NCBI GenBank assembly: GCA_943788915.1
Contig: CALSSD010000005.1
Span: forward strand, 124,001-188,000
Direction of reading: 5' to 3'
Source: an uncultured Acidimicrobiales bacterium
Lineage (GTDB): Bacteria; Actinomycetota; Acidimicrobiia; Acidimicrobiales; UBA10347
Length of the DNA: 64,000 nucleotides
Shown: piece by piece, positions 9,586 through 18,744 of the stretch
How the letters are laid out: each line of letters starts with the position of its first letter
Position numbering within the stretch: position 1 is the stretch's first letter
Notes under the pieces: model-generated
The model's database searches: none
The model's input: the letters and a program-made list of their open reading frames with translations, nothing else
What the model was told of the DNA's origin: nothing
Made by a program: the position numbers and the translations under genes

Positions 9586-10467
9586 ATGAGTGACCAACTG
9601 ACCTATCACCTCCGATTCTCCCCCGAGGAGTTCGATGCCCAGTACAACCTGCGGGCGGCGCGTCCTGACTATGAGCAGACGGTGATACCCGGCTGGGTTG
9701 CGGATAGCGCCGCGGCCCGGGCAACACTGGATTGCACCCTCGATGAGCGATATGGAACCGGTGAGAAGCAGAAGCTCGACGTTTTCAGGTGCGGCGATGC
9801 CAGTGCCCCCACACTCATCTACGTCCACGGTGGCTATTGGCAGAGGGGCGACAAGTCGGTCTACAGCTTCTTGGCACCACCTTTCGTGGCGAACGGCGTG
9901 AACATCGTGGTGATTGGTTACGACCTTTGCCCTACCGTGACGATCACTGAAATTTCACAGCAGGCCCGTGAAGCCGTCGCCTATGTCTGGCATCACGCAG
10001 ACGATCTGGGCGTGAACGGTGATCGACTGACCGTTATGGGTCACTCTGCCGGCGGGCACATCACCCAGATGATGATGGCTACCGATTGGCCAGCGTTCGA
10101 CGCTGCGCTGCCAGTGGATCTGGTCAAGTCGGGTATTCCTGTGTCGCCGCTCAGCTACTTGGAACCGGTCCGGCTCACCCAAGACCTGAACGGAGGCATC
10201 CGCATGGACGCCGCCGAAGCCGATGCCGAGAGCCCAATGACGAACCATCCGCCGGTAACGAATGCTCCGCAACTCGTGGTTGTGGGCGGCACCGAAACCG
10301 ACGAGTTCCACCGGCAGGCCCAGATGTACGTCCACAAGTTCGCGTCCGACACCCGAGTCGTTGATCTTTATGTGGTCCCAGAAGTCGACCACTTCGACGA
10401 ACTGAACGTGCTCGTCGACCCAACTAGTCCCTTCTTCGCAAAGACGTGTGTAATGCTTGGGCTCTAG
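9586..10467 (+). CDS. Alpha/beta hydrolase (arylformamidase/kynurenine formamidase-like)
   Basis: HGGYW oxyanion motif, GHSAGGH nucleophile elbow, C-terminal DHF. Confidence 0.85.
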   Translation: MSDQLTYHLRFSPEEFDAQYNLRAARPDYEQTVIPGWVADSAAARATLDCTLDERYGTGEKQKLDVFRCGDASAPTLIYVHGGYWQRGDKSVYSFLAPPFVANGVNIVVIGYDLCPTVTITEISQQAREAVAYVWHHADDLGVNGDRLTVMGHSAGGHITQMMMATDWPAFDAALPVDLVKSGIPVSPLSYLEPVRLTQDLNGGIRMDAAEADAESPMTNHPPVTNAPQLVVVGGTETDEFHRQAQMYVHKFASDTRVVDLYVVPEVDHFDELNVLVDPTSPFFAKTCVMLGL

Positions 10468-10570
10468 CGACACAGGACCTGGCCCGCGACCGTCACGTTG
10501 GAGATGGGCCCTACTCGCGAGCCGGCGCCGCAGAAGTGCCGGTTGCCGTGATCACTGAAATACATGTAGA

Positions 10571-10740
10571 TCACGATTCGTCGAGGTGTTCGAAGCTGGC
10601 GCCGTTGCGAGTGCAGATGGGTAGTTCTCTGGACGAGGCGACGGCGGCGATCAGCGGGTCGACAGTGCTGCGTTGGCCAGACTCCGGTCGTCGTCGGGAG
10701 TCAGGGTCTGTTTGTTCGTGGCTGACGGCCAAAGAGGCTG
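10571..10740 (-). pseudogene. Remnant of PIN-domain (VapC-like) toxin
   Basis: STVDPLIAAVASSRELPICTRNGASFEHLDES* resembles the VapC C-terminus D.LIAA.A....LP..TRN..F; no start or N-terminal domain. Confidence 0.5.
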
Positions 10741-10749
10741 TTCAACGGG

Positions 10750-11190
10750 CTACTGACAGTCCCTGCACAACCCGAGCAGATCGAGGCGATGATCCATCGG
10801 CGTGAAGCCGGCTTCCTTGGCTGCACCCGCCAACGCCTGGTCAAGGGTGCGTTCAACCCGACCGTCGAGTTCGAAGTCGACGACGATCCCGCAGGCAGTG
10901 CAGATCAAGTGGTGATGATGGTGCGCCGTCAGCTTTTCGGCGAGTTCGTATCGGGCGAAGTCGTCGTTGGTCACAATACGAGTCACCACGCCTGCCTCTT
11001 CGAGCACGGCGAGGTTGCGGTAGATGCTTGATTGGGGAAGGTTCTCATCGGTCGCCGAGATCTCATTGATCGTCAGTGGCCCAACACCTTCTTGCAGCGC
11101 CGCTACCAAGCGACGCCGACCTGTGGTGTAGCGCTGATCGACCGCGTCGAGAAGTACTGCGACTTCGTCGTCGATGACTGCTTCACTCAT
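10750..11190 (-). CDS. zur: Fur family regulator, probably Zur
   Basis: SSIYRNL, HHHHHLICTACG, C-terminal CRDC; co-oriented with the zinc ABC ATPase. Confidence 0.85.
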   Translation of the reverse strand: MSEAVIDDEVAVLLDAVDQRYTTGRRRLVAALQEGVGPLTINEISATDENLPQSSIYRNLAVLEEAGVVTRIVTNDDFARYELAEKLTAHHHHHLICTACGIVVDFELDGRVERTLDQALAGAAKEAGFTPMDHRLDLLGLCRDCQ

Positions 11191-11246
11191 GTGAGCGACG
11201 TTACCCGCAGCCGGAGCCATCACGCGGAGTCTGGATTCTCATTCGG

Positions 11247-11975
11247 TCAGTGTTCATGATGATCGTCGACGGTCAAGCTGTCGCCCACATGCACCACTCG
11301 GTGCCCGAACGTGCGCACCAAGTTCGACTCAGTGAAGACTTCGTCGGGTGGCCCTATCGCTATGGGGGTTGTGTTGAGCAGCAGTACGAGATCACATTCG
11401 CGAGCGTCAGCCAGACTATGCGTGGCCATGAGCACCGTCCGCCGCGCCGCAACTTCGTCGGCGACGACGCTAAGTACGAGTTCGCGGGCGGTGATATCGA
11501 GGCCCGTCATTGGCTCGTCAAGCAACAGCACCCGGCTCTGCTGCGCGAGCCCCTGTGCCATCAATACGCGCTGGCGCTGACCACCAGACAACTCCTGCAA
11601 CCGCATGTCGAGCAACGACTCGATACCCATGCGCTCGACTGAGCGGCTAACGGCTTCGCGGTCGACATCGCGGAAGCGTCGAGTTAACCCAAGTAGTGGA
11701 TAGCGGCCGAGCCTCACTGCATCGAGCACGGTGATCGGCAGGCCAGCCTCTACCTCGGTGGCTTGCAAAACAAGTGCAGCGCCGTCGATGGTCTCGACCG
11801 TACCGCTGGTTGGTTTGCGAAGACCGGCAAGCGCACCAAGGAGCGTCGATTTGCCTGAACCATTGGCGCCAACCACCGCGACCGATGATCCAAGCGGCAC
11901 CTGCATGGTCAGATCACTTAGGGCCAAGTGGTTGCCGAAACGAACCTGGAGATCCCTCGTCTCGACCGCAAACAT
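11247..11975 (-). CDS. Zn/Mn ABC transporter ATP-binding protein (ZnuC/AztA-like)
   Basis: GANGSGKST, LSGGQRQR, LLLDEP; His-rich tail; TAGCGT box 7 nt upstream of ATG 11975. Confidence 0.9.
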   Translation of the reverse strand: MFAVETRDLQVRFGNHLALSDLTMQVPLGSSVAVVGANGSGKSTLLGALAGLRKPTSGTVETIDGAALVLQATEVEAGLPITVLDAVRLGRYPLLGLTRRFRDVDREAVSRSVERMGIESLLDMRLQELSGGQRQRVLMAQGLAQQSRVLLLDEPMTGLDITARELVLSVVADEVAARRTVLMATHSLADARECDLVLLLNTTPIAIGPPDEVFTESNLVRTFGHRVVHVGDSLTVDDHHEH

Positions 11976-11997
11976 GTGGGCCACGCTACTGCTTTAA

Positions 11998-12016
11998 AAT
12001 GGCAATCATTCTCATT
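11998..12016. promoter_or_regulatory. Putative Zur box 1
   Basis: AATGGCAAT-C-ATTCTCATT, an imperfect 9-1-9 palindrome in the divergent promoter region. Confidence 0.75.
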
Positions 12017-12056
12017 GCAGGTTGATTCACTCAAGGCGGCTCGCTACGGTACTGAT

Positions 12057-12075
12057 AGTAAGACTCATTCTCATT
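12057..12075. promoter_or_regulatory. Putative Zur box 2
   Basis: AGTAAGACT-C-ATTCTCATT shares TCATTCTCATT with box 1; 9 nt before the solute-binding protein start. Confidence 0.65.
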
Positions 12076-12084
12076 AGGTGCTGT

Positions 12085-13146
12085 ATGTCAAAGTTGCAAA
12101 CCGTCGGTGGGCTTGTGTTTCTCGCCCTATTCCTGATTGCGGGATGTGGCAGTCAAGAGTCCGCTGCCGACGAGGCCGCCGCTATCGAGCGTCCCGTAGT
12201 CGTAGCGACCACCACCATTTTGGGTGATGTCCTCAGCAACCTGGCGGCTCGACAGTTCGATGTCGTCACGATCATGCCCCCTGGCACCGACCCGCACCTC
12301 TTCCAACCGTCGGCTCAGGACATTGCCGCGATCGAGAGCGCAAGTGCGGTTATCGCCAACGGCGCATTATTCGAGGAAGGCCTGCTCGACGCCCTGAACG
12401 CTGCCGAAGATGACGGCGCACTCGTCTTCGAGGCCATCACCGCAGTTGATCAGCTCGAGGCTTCTGGCTCTACCCATGATCACGAAGACGGGCACGACGA
12501 CGACCACCATGTCGACGATGAAGACCACGACGAGCACGCCGACGACGCCCATGGCGACGAGGATGAGCACGGCGATGACGGTGAGCACGACGCCCACGGC
12601 AACGAAGGTGCTCTTGACCCGCACTTCTTTACCGACCCTGCCCGAATGGCCGTTGCGGTTAATGGGATCGCCGACTTTCTGATCGCCAACGTTGACACGC
12701 TCAATGCCGAGAAGTTGACCGCCGCGGCCGAGGAGTACATCGAGGTGCTCACCGCACTTGATCGCGAGGTTGAAACAACCTTGGCCTCGATCCCGGAGTC
12801 TGGCCGGGTACTCATTACCAATCATCAGGTCTTCAGCTACTTTGCTGACCGCTACGACTTCGAAGTAATCGGAACAGTGATACCCGTTGGCAGCACCGAT
12901 GACGGTGTCAGCGGTCGACGTCTCGTGGGGCTAAGCGAACTGCTCGAAAGCGAAGGTGTGTCCGTCGTGTTCGCTGACATCTCATCGTCAGATGAACTCG
13001 CCCAGACGCTCGCCAACGAAGTCGGCGACGTCGCCGTCGTGAAGCTCTACACCGAGTCGCTTGGCGAACCCGGTTCTTCCGGCGCTACCTACGTGGAGAT
13101 GATTCGCAACAACGCGCTCGAAATCGCTTCCGGGCTTGGGGAATAG
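12085..13146 (+). CDS. Zinc ABC transporter substrate-binding lipoprotein (ZnuA/AztC-like) with His/Asp-rich loop
   Basis: Lipobox LIAGC, DPHLFQPS, long H/D/E loop, DPHFFTDP, TNHQVFSYFADRY. Confidence 0.92.
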   Translation: MSKLQTVGGLVFLALFLIAGCGSQESAADEAAAIERPVVVATTTILGDVLSNLAARQFDVVTIMPPGTDPHLFQPSAQDIAAIESASAVIANGALFEEGLLDALNAAEDDGALVFEAITAVDQLEASGSTHDHEDGHDDDHHVDDEDHDEHADDAHGDEDEHGDDGEHDAHGNEGALDPHFFTDPARMAVAVNGIADFLIANVDTLNAEKLTAAAEEYIEVLTALDREVETTLASIPESGRVLITNHQVFSYFADRYDFEVIGTVIPVGSTDDGVSGRRLVGLSELLESEGVSVVFADISSSDELAQTLANEVGDVAVVKLYTESLGEPGSSGATYVEMIRNNALEIASGLGE

Positions 13147-13155
13147 GACTCCGCT

Positions 13156-14010
13156 GTGGACTACCTCATTGAGGCCTTCGAACCTGCGTTCATGCAACGA
13201 GCGCTCATTGGTGGACTTATCGCAGTTGTAGCGACCTCGTTCGTTGGCACCTGGGTTGTCCTGCGCGGCCTTGCATTCCTGGGTGACGCTTTGGCCCATG
13301 GCGTAATCCCCGGCGTTGCGCTCGCCGGACTCTGGGGCTTCAACCCGCTGATTGGGGCATTTGCTGCAGCACTGGTCATGAGCGGCCTGGTGAGCGTGGT
13401 ATCAACCCGAACGATCGTGCGAGACGAGACGGCAATTGGTCTGCTGTTCGTCGGCATGTTGTCGCTGGGCATCATCGTGATCTCGACCGCACCGTCCTTC
13501 GCAACCGACGTGTCCGGCCTGTTGTTTGGCGACATTCTTGGCGTTACTCGCGCCGATATTCGCACCCAAGCAATCGTGGCTGCTGTTGTCACTGTGGCCA
13601 TGTTCGTCTTGCATCGACCACTGATGGCGCTGGCCTTCAACCGATCCAAGGCCACAACGCTGCGCATGCACCCTGCCCTCACTCACGCTGCACTGCTTGG
13701 GCTGCTTGCACTGAGCATCGTTGCCAGCTTCCAAGCGATTGGCACCATGCTCGTCTTTGGGTTGATCGTGGCTCCACCAGCAACCGCGTCGCTACTGGTG
13801 CGGCGGGTTCCGCCAATCATGGCGCTCTCGATGCTGCTCGGCGGCCTGTGCGTCGTCGCTGGCCTCGCCATCAGCTTCCACCACGGCACCGCCGGTGGAG
13901 CCACCATCACCGGGCTCAGCGTTGCCCTGTTTTTTGTCATCTTCATTGGCAGCGAAGCGAGGCGCTACCTCCAAAATCGGCGCTATGCGACCGTTCAACC
14001 GGTCGGTTAG
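13156..14010 (+). CDS. Zinc ABC transporter permease (ZnuB/AztB-like)
   Basis: GTWVVLRGLAFLGDALAHGVIPG, LLFGDILG. Confidence 0.92.
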   Translation: MDYLIEAFEPAFMQRALIGGLIAVVATSFVGTWVVLRGLAFLGDALAHGVIPGVALAGLWGFNPLIGAFAAALVMSGLVSVVSTRTIVRDETAIGLLFVGMLSLGIIVISTAPSFATDVSGLLFGDILGVTRADIRTQAIVAAVVTVAMFVLHRPLMALAFNRSKATTLRMHPALTHAALLGLLALSIVASFQAIGTMLVFGLIVAPPATASLLVRRVPPIMALSMLLGGLCVVAGLAISFHHGTAGGATITGLSVALFFVIFIGSEARRYLQNRRYATVQPVG

Positions 14011-14025
14011 CGGAAAGGAACAGAC

Positions 14026-14212
14026 ACGAACGTTTCAGGAACACAAAAGATCCGTCAACTGCTGTGACCACCGCCGACCCGTCGATACCGAAGCCGAGGC
14101 GGGCGCCGAGACCGACGACACAGATGCCGAAGCAGACGTAGACGATCACGGCGACGCATCGGGTGGCCCTGATGCCCATGTCCATGGCTCGGCCGAACTC
14201 TTCGTGGCCTGA
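14026..14212 (+). pseudogene. Remnant of ZrgA/DUF2796-like zinc-binding protein
   Basis: Acidic stretch then DAHVHGSAELFVA*; RBS-like AAGGA followed by ACG in place of ATG. Confidence 0.5.
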
Positions 14213-14265
14213 TGGGTAGTCCGTTTTTGCTCCGCTAGCTCCGCAAACGCTTCCTTGGAGTTCCC

Positions 14266-14400
14266 ATGCCTACGACCGATGAATTGAAGCTGAAGTCGGG
14301 CGAGCACCTCTTCGTACGAGGTGCAAGCGGCAGCGGAAAGACCGCACTACTCAACCTGCTCGCGGATATTCACACCCCGACCACCGGAAATTTGACACCG
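14266..14400 (+). pseudogene. N-terminal remnant of ABC ATPase (ZrgB-like)
   Basis: LKSGEHLFVRGASGSGKTALLNLLADIHTPTTG: Walker A present, no signature or Walker B follows. Confidence 0.6.
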
Positions 14401-14901
14401 ACGACTAGGTCGAGCCCCACCGGTCAAGGGTTCGCTTGCCATCCCGCCCGGGGTACAAACGTTGTGCGAAGCACAACAATCTGGGGCGGCGGCTTTATAG
14501 ATCGTGAGGGTCGTGACCAGATCCTTTTCCTTCTGATCTGCACGTTGGCTCTGGTAACCGGCGCCAAGGTTGGTCGACACGGACGTGTGGCAGTCTGACG
14601 GCGGCGTGCAGCCATCCATCGAGCGCTAGGTGTGGCCGGGATGAGCTACATCGTGTGCCAGTGCGGGAGCTGTCGCGTCCGGTCGGGAATGGAAGACCAT
14701 GGCTGTGGTCGAGAAAAGCCCTCAGCTCGGGCGTTCATCGATGGACGTGACCAGGGCCGGATTGCCGACAGCACGATGGCCGTCACCCGAGCCGCCACTC
14801 CGAACGGCAAGAGATACCCGGCGCACCCGGTCGCCATCGCCCGGGACTATGCGGTGCCGCACTCGGGTGTCGTGCGCGGTCGGCGCTTGTCGGATCTGCC
14901 G

Positions 14902-16875
14902 CTAGCTGGTTGGCCACGAGGCCAGGATGCGGGCCTCGGGTGGCGGGACCGGGCGGTTGGCCAACATGGCCAGATCGTTGGCCAAGATGCGGCGGGTGTC
15001 GGCCGGCTCGATGATCTCATCGATCCGCATTGTGCCAGCCGCCTCATATGGCGAGGTCGCGTTGGATACCTCGGCGACCAAGGCCAGGCGCTCGGCCTCC
15101 CTGGCCTCCGGGTCGTCGATGCGGTCGAGCTTGGAACCATATGCCACGTTGACGCCAACCTCGGGATCCATGAACCCGATCTCGGCCCCCGGCCAGGCGT
15201 ACAGACCGTTGCTGACCATGCCGGCGCCGTTCATGGCCTGCCAGGCCAAACCGAAGGCCTTGCGAATGCAGACGGTCAGCGTCGGGGTGGATGCCAATTG
15301 CAGGGCCTGCATCATACGCATGCCCCAGTGGAGCATGCGGTCGTGTTCCACCTGCTTGCCCACCATGAAGCCGGGCACGTCGACCAGCCACACGATCGGC
15401 AGGTTGAACGAATCGCAAACTGTGCAGAGTCGCACGATCTTCTGGCAGGCTTCGGGGTCGAGCACTCCGGCCTTGAACATCGGGTTGTTGGCAATGAAGC
15501 CAACGGGCCAGCCGTCGATGCGGGCTAGCCCGCTGGTAACGGACTGGGCGAACTGGGGCTGGAGCTCGAACACCGATCCGGGGTCACAGATGCGAGCGAC
15601 GACCTGACGCATGTCGTAAGCCCGGGTTCGGCTGGCCGGGACCATGGCGGGGAGCTCCGGATCGGACTCGATCGGGCCGGTCGGCTCGGTCCGTGGTGCA
15701 GCTTCGCCGATGTTGCTCGGCAGATAGGACAACCAACGTCTGATGGCTGCGTAGGCTTCGTCGTCGGTTTCGACCCCGAGATCGATCTGCCCGGTGAGTC
15801 GGGCGTGCACGTCGACCCCACCGACCTCTTCGAAGGTGATGACCTCACCGGTTGCCACTTCGAATACCTTCGGCGAGGTGACGGCCAGAGTCGATCCCCG
15901 TGTCATGACCACGAAATCGGACAGGGCCGACAGGAACGACGAGCCACCAAACGACTGGCCGACGATGGCGGTGGCCATCGGGATCTGGTGACGGCGTCTG
16001 GCCATGAGGAACAGCTCGCCCAATTCGGATATCCCCTCGGAGCCGACCAGGTCAGGGATGCGTCCGCCACCGGTCTGGCCGAAGTGGACCATGGGAATGC
16101 CCATGGCTATGGCTCGCTCGTAGATCCGGTGTTCCTTGCGACCACCGACGATCGAGCTGGAGCCCCGCTTGACCGTAATGTCGTCACCGAAGATGGCTAT
16201 CGGCCGGCCATCGACTGTGCCATGGCCACCGATCTTGCCGTCGCCAGGAGTGGTGGCCCGGTCGTCCTCTCGCATGGAGCGGGCGAAGGTACCGATTTCG
16301 GTGAACGATCCGGAGTCGAGCAAGCCGTTGATGTGGTCCCGGATCGTTCGCTGCCCATCGGCGTGCAGCGCCGCCACCTTGTCTGCCCCGCCGAGGTCCC
16401 GCCGTATGCCCTCGGCCCGCTCGGATCGGTCGGCCCTGGCATGGGACTCGGCGGCGTCCGCCGTCTCTTCGGAGACAGAGGTTGGGGTGTCGGGATCCGG
16501 TGCAGTGTGGTCTCGCTGGCCGTCCATTGGTTGGGTAGCTGATCCCGGAGCCTGGCCGCCAGCGCCCTCATCCGTGACCTCGGCGAGTTCTACTCGCTCA
16601 GTCGATGTCGACGCACCGCCGGGGTGGACGACCTCGGCTGCGCCCACCTCTTGCGGGACGAGCTCAAGGAGCTTCTCGCCTTTCGCTACCGGCGCGGCTT
16701 CTTCAACCCGGATCAGGCTCACGACACCTGACTCGGGAGCGAGGATCGCGTGTTCCATCTTCATCGACTCGATGATGATCAGCTCTTGCCCCCGGCGCAC
16801 CTCGTCACCTGTTGTGACGTTGAGCTGCCAGATGGTGCCTTGGAGAGGCGAAGTGATCGACATTGGTTTTGCCAT
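14902..16875 (-). CDS. Biotinyl-domain plus acyl-CoA carboxyltransferase fusion protein
   Basis: N-terminal ESMKMEH biotinylation motif, long linker, then carboxyltransferase motifs (GGGRI, GLARIDGWPVGFIAN, LVDVPGFMVG). Confidence 0.88.
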   Translation of the reverse strand: MAKPMSITSPLQGTIWQLNVTTGDEVRRGQELIIIESMKMEHAILAPESGVVSLIRVEEAAPVAKGEKLLELVPQEVGAAEVVHPGGASTSTERVELAEVTDEGAGGQAPGSATQPMDGQRDHTAPDPDTPTSVSEETADAAESHARADRSERAEGIRRDLGGADKVAALHADGQRTIRDHINGLLDSGSFTEIGTFARSMREDDRATTPGDGKIGGHGTVDGRPIAIFGDDITVKRGSSSIVGGRKEHRIYERAIAMGIPMVHFGQTGGGRIPDLVGSEGISELGELFLMARRRHQIPMATAIVGQSFGGSSFLSALSDFVVMTRGSTLAVTSPKVFEVATGEVITFEEVGGVDVHARLTGQIDLGVETDDEAYAAIRRWLSYLPSNIGEAAPRTEPTGPIESDPELPAMVPASRTRAYDMRQVVARICDPGSVFELQPQFAQSVTSGLARIDGWPVGFIANNPMFKAGVLDPEACQKIVRLCTVCDSFNLPIVWLVDVPGFMVGKQVEHDRMLHWGMRMMQALQLASTPTLTVCIRKAFGLAWQAMNGAGMVSNGLYAWPGAEIGFMDPEVGVNVAYGSKLDRIDDPEAREAERLALVAEVSNATSPYEAAGTMRIDEIIEPADTRRILANDLAMLANRPVPPPEARILASWPTS

Positions 16876-17266
16876 GCGACATTCTCGCCGCTCGTGCGTG
16901 ACGGTACAAACCAACAGCAGATGAGCGAAACAAGGATGCAAATCGCCGCCACGGCGAGACAACGTCGATGCCAGGACATTCGGCGACTGTGTCCGGGCCG
17001 GGGCAACTATGAATCTCACCGAAGCCGTCGACTACGCCCAACACCACATCAACACAACGTCACAACACCAACCCTCACCGGCCCGGTTCCACGCGTCGTG
17101 ACCACCGCGTTGGTGACCTGCTTGACCAACCCATCGTGCAAGGCAGACTTGCAGGCACCCGGAAATCGCAAGTTGTATCGCTCCGTTCAGCGAGCGATAG
17201 CAGGCGCGACACAGCGCCCGATGCTCGATGCTTTGGTGGCTGGGGTGCGTAGCGGAACCTGACCGG

Positions 17267-17500
17267 CTAGAACCTCGACGCTGTATCTCGGGTCGACGAT
17301 GCGCTGAGCTCGGCCAGAGAGTTGTGAATCTCGCGTTGGGCGTAACGCGCTGCGGGGCCGAGTTCGAAGACTGCGTGGTCGGCGAGGCACTGTTCGAATC
17401 CGGCCTCGCCGAGGTTAGTTCGGAGCGTGCGTTCAACACGGCCAAGGTCCGGGACCAGCCCGGGTGTACTGGACTGGCGAATGTGCCGTGGACGAACGTG
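17267..17500 (-). pseudogene. Possible C-terminal remnant of a large ATPase/TPR-type regulator
   Basis: LRTNLGEAGFEQCLADHAVFELGPAARYAQREI resembles the LG...F......G..M....A..YA tail of actinobacterial regulators. Confidence 0.3.
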
Positions 17501-17588
17501 CCCGAAGCAGCACTCGGTGAACCTGATTGTCGTGAGGGAGACAGTGAAGTTGGAGTGAAGTGAAATATGGGTGTGGTTCACATGGCTG

Positions 17589-18356
17589 TCAGCCGGCCAT
17601 GGTCAGACCACCGGACACACTCAGTACTTGGCCGGTGACGAAGGCTGCTTGGTCACTGGAGAAGAAAAGCACCGCACCTGCCAGATCATCGGGCTGGCCA
17701 ATGCGCCCAATCGGGATGGAACGACGGAAGGCTTCTCGCAGTTTCTCGGGGTTCGCCGCTGCGTCGACAAAACCAGCGAGCAGAGCAGTGTCAGTCGGGC
17801 CCGGGCAGACGACATTGAACGTGATCCCGTGCCGCGAATGTTCTCGGGCGAGTGTCTTGGAGAACGCGATGAGGCCAGCCTTGCACGCGGCGTAGACCGC
17901 TTCACCCGACGAACCGACCCGGCCCGCATCCGAGGAGATGTTCACGACACGACCGACTCCTCGCTCGACCATGGCGGGGAGCACTGCGTGATGCATGTTG
18001 AGAGCACCAACCAGATTGATGTCGATGAGTTTCGACCAATCCTCAGGTGTCGTGTCAAGGAACGGGACGAACAGATCCCATCCCGCATTGTTGACCAGCA
18101 CGTCGATCGGACCCAGCTCACTGACCACCTGATCGACTGCAGCGTCGACCGAAGGACGTTCCGTGATGTCACAGGTAACAGCGAGCGCCTGAGCGCCGCT
18201 TGAGATCAGCGCATCGGCGACTTCTTGAGCCGGGCCCGCAGCCCGATCAAGGACAGCCACTCGGGCTCCCTCGGCAGCAAACTCGCGACACAAAGCGCCG
18301 CCAATACCGCCGCCACCACCGGTTACCACAACGGTCTTACCGTCAAATCTTCCCAC
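17589..18356 (-). CDS. badH: 2-hydroxycyclohexanecarboxyl-CoA dehydrogenase (SDR)
   Basis: TGGGGGIGGA, LVNNAGWD, ALNMHHAVLP, RVGSSGEAVYAACK, NPEKL, VLSVSGGLTM, matching BadH as recalled. Confidence 0.8.
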   Translation of the reverse strand: MGRFDGKTVVVTGGGGGIGGALCREFAAEGARVAVLDRAAGPAQEVADALISSGAQALAVTCDITERPSVDAAVDQVVSELGPIDVLVNNAGWDLFVPFLDTTPEDWSKLIDINLVGALNMHHAVLPAMVERGVGRVVNISSDAGRVGSSGEAVYAACKAGLIAFSKTLAREHSRHGITFNVVCPGPTDTALLAGFVDAAANPEKLREAFRRSIPIGRIGQPDDLAGAVLFFSSDQAAFVTGQVLSVSGGLTMAG

Positions 18357-18482
18357 GAAAAGCTCCCTCGGTTTGATTCACAGATCTAGATGATGTTGTC
18401 CCATTTCGCCAAACCGAGTCCTGCCACTTCCCGGGAGTCACCACGTCGAACGCCAACAAGACATCGCCATCATCTTTAGCGT

Positions 18483-18720
18483 ATGGGTCACAATCTGGCG
18501 GCAACGCCCGGTTTGGCCCAACCAATCGTCTGGTTCTTTCGGTTGTCCCAATGCGCCCAATACGTTGCACAAAACCGGAACAAAGGCAGCCGGCGGTCTC
18601 GCGCAACTACCTGAAGGCCAGTGGGCAGAGTCTTGACGGTGTGGTCGGCAGGCTCGAAGCCGACGGGCTCGTTGTGAGTGGACCCGACCCGACAGATGGA
18701 AGATCTCGACGATGCCGCTC
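18483..18720 (+). pseudogene. badR: Decayed MarR-family regulator, BadR-like
   Basis: After removing single-base insertions it reads TNRLFFRLSQCANTLHKTGTKA, then GGLANYLKASGQSLDGVVGRLEADGLV..PDPTDGRSRR; divergent from badH. Confidence 0.65.
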
Positions 18721-18744
18721 CGGCCGGAACCGGTCGCTGAGATC

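Noticed and set aside
12475..12600. Low-complexity GAC/CAC repeats as a repeat array or CRISPR
   Set aside because: Encodes the His/Asp-rich loop of the zinc-binding protein; no repeat-spacer structure.
17176..17199. Hairpin TATCGCTC-N8-GAGCGATA as ncRNA or terminator
   Set aside because: No U-tract and no recognisable RNA family features; isolated hairpin.
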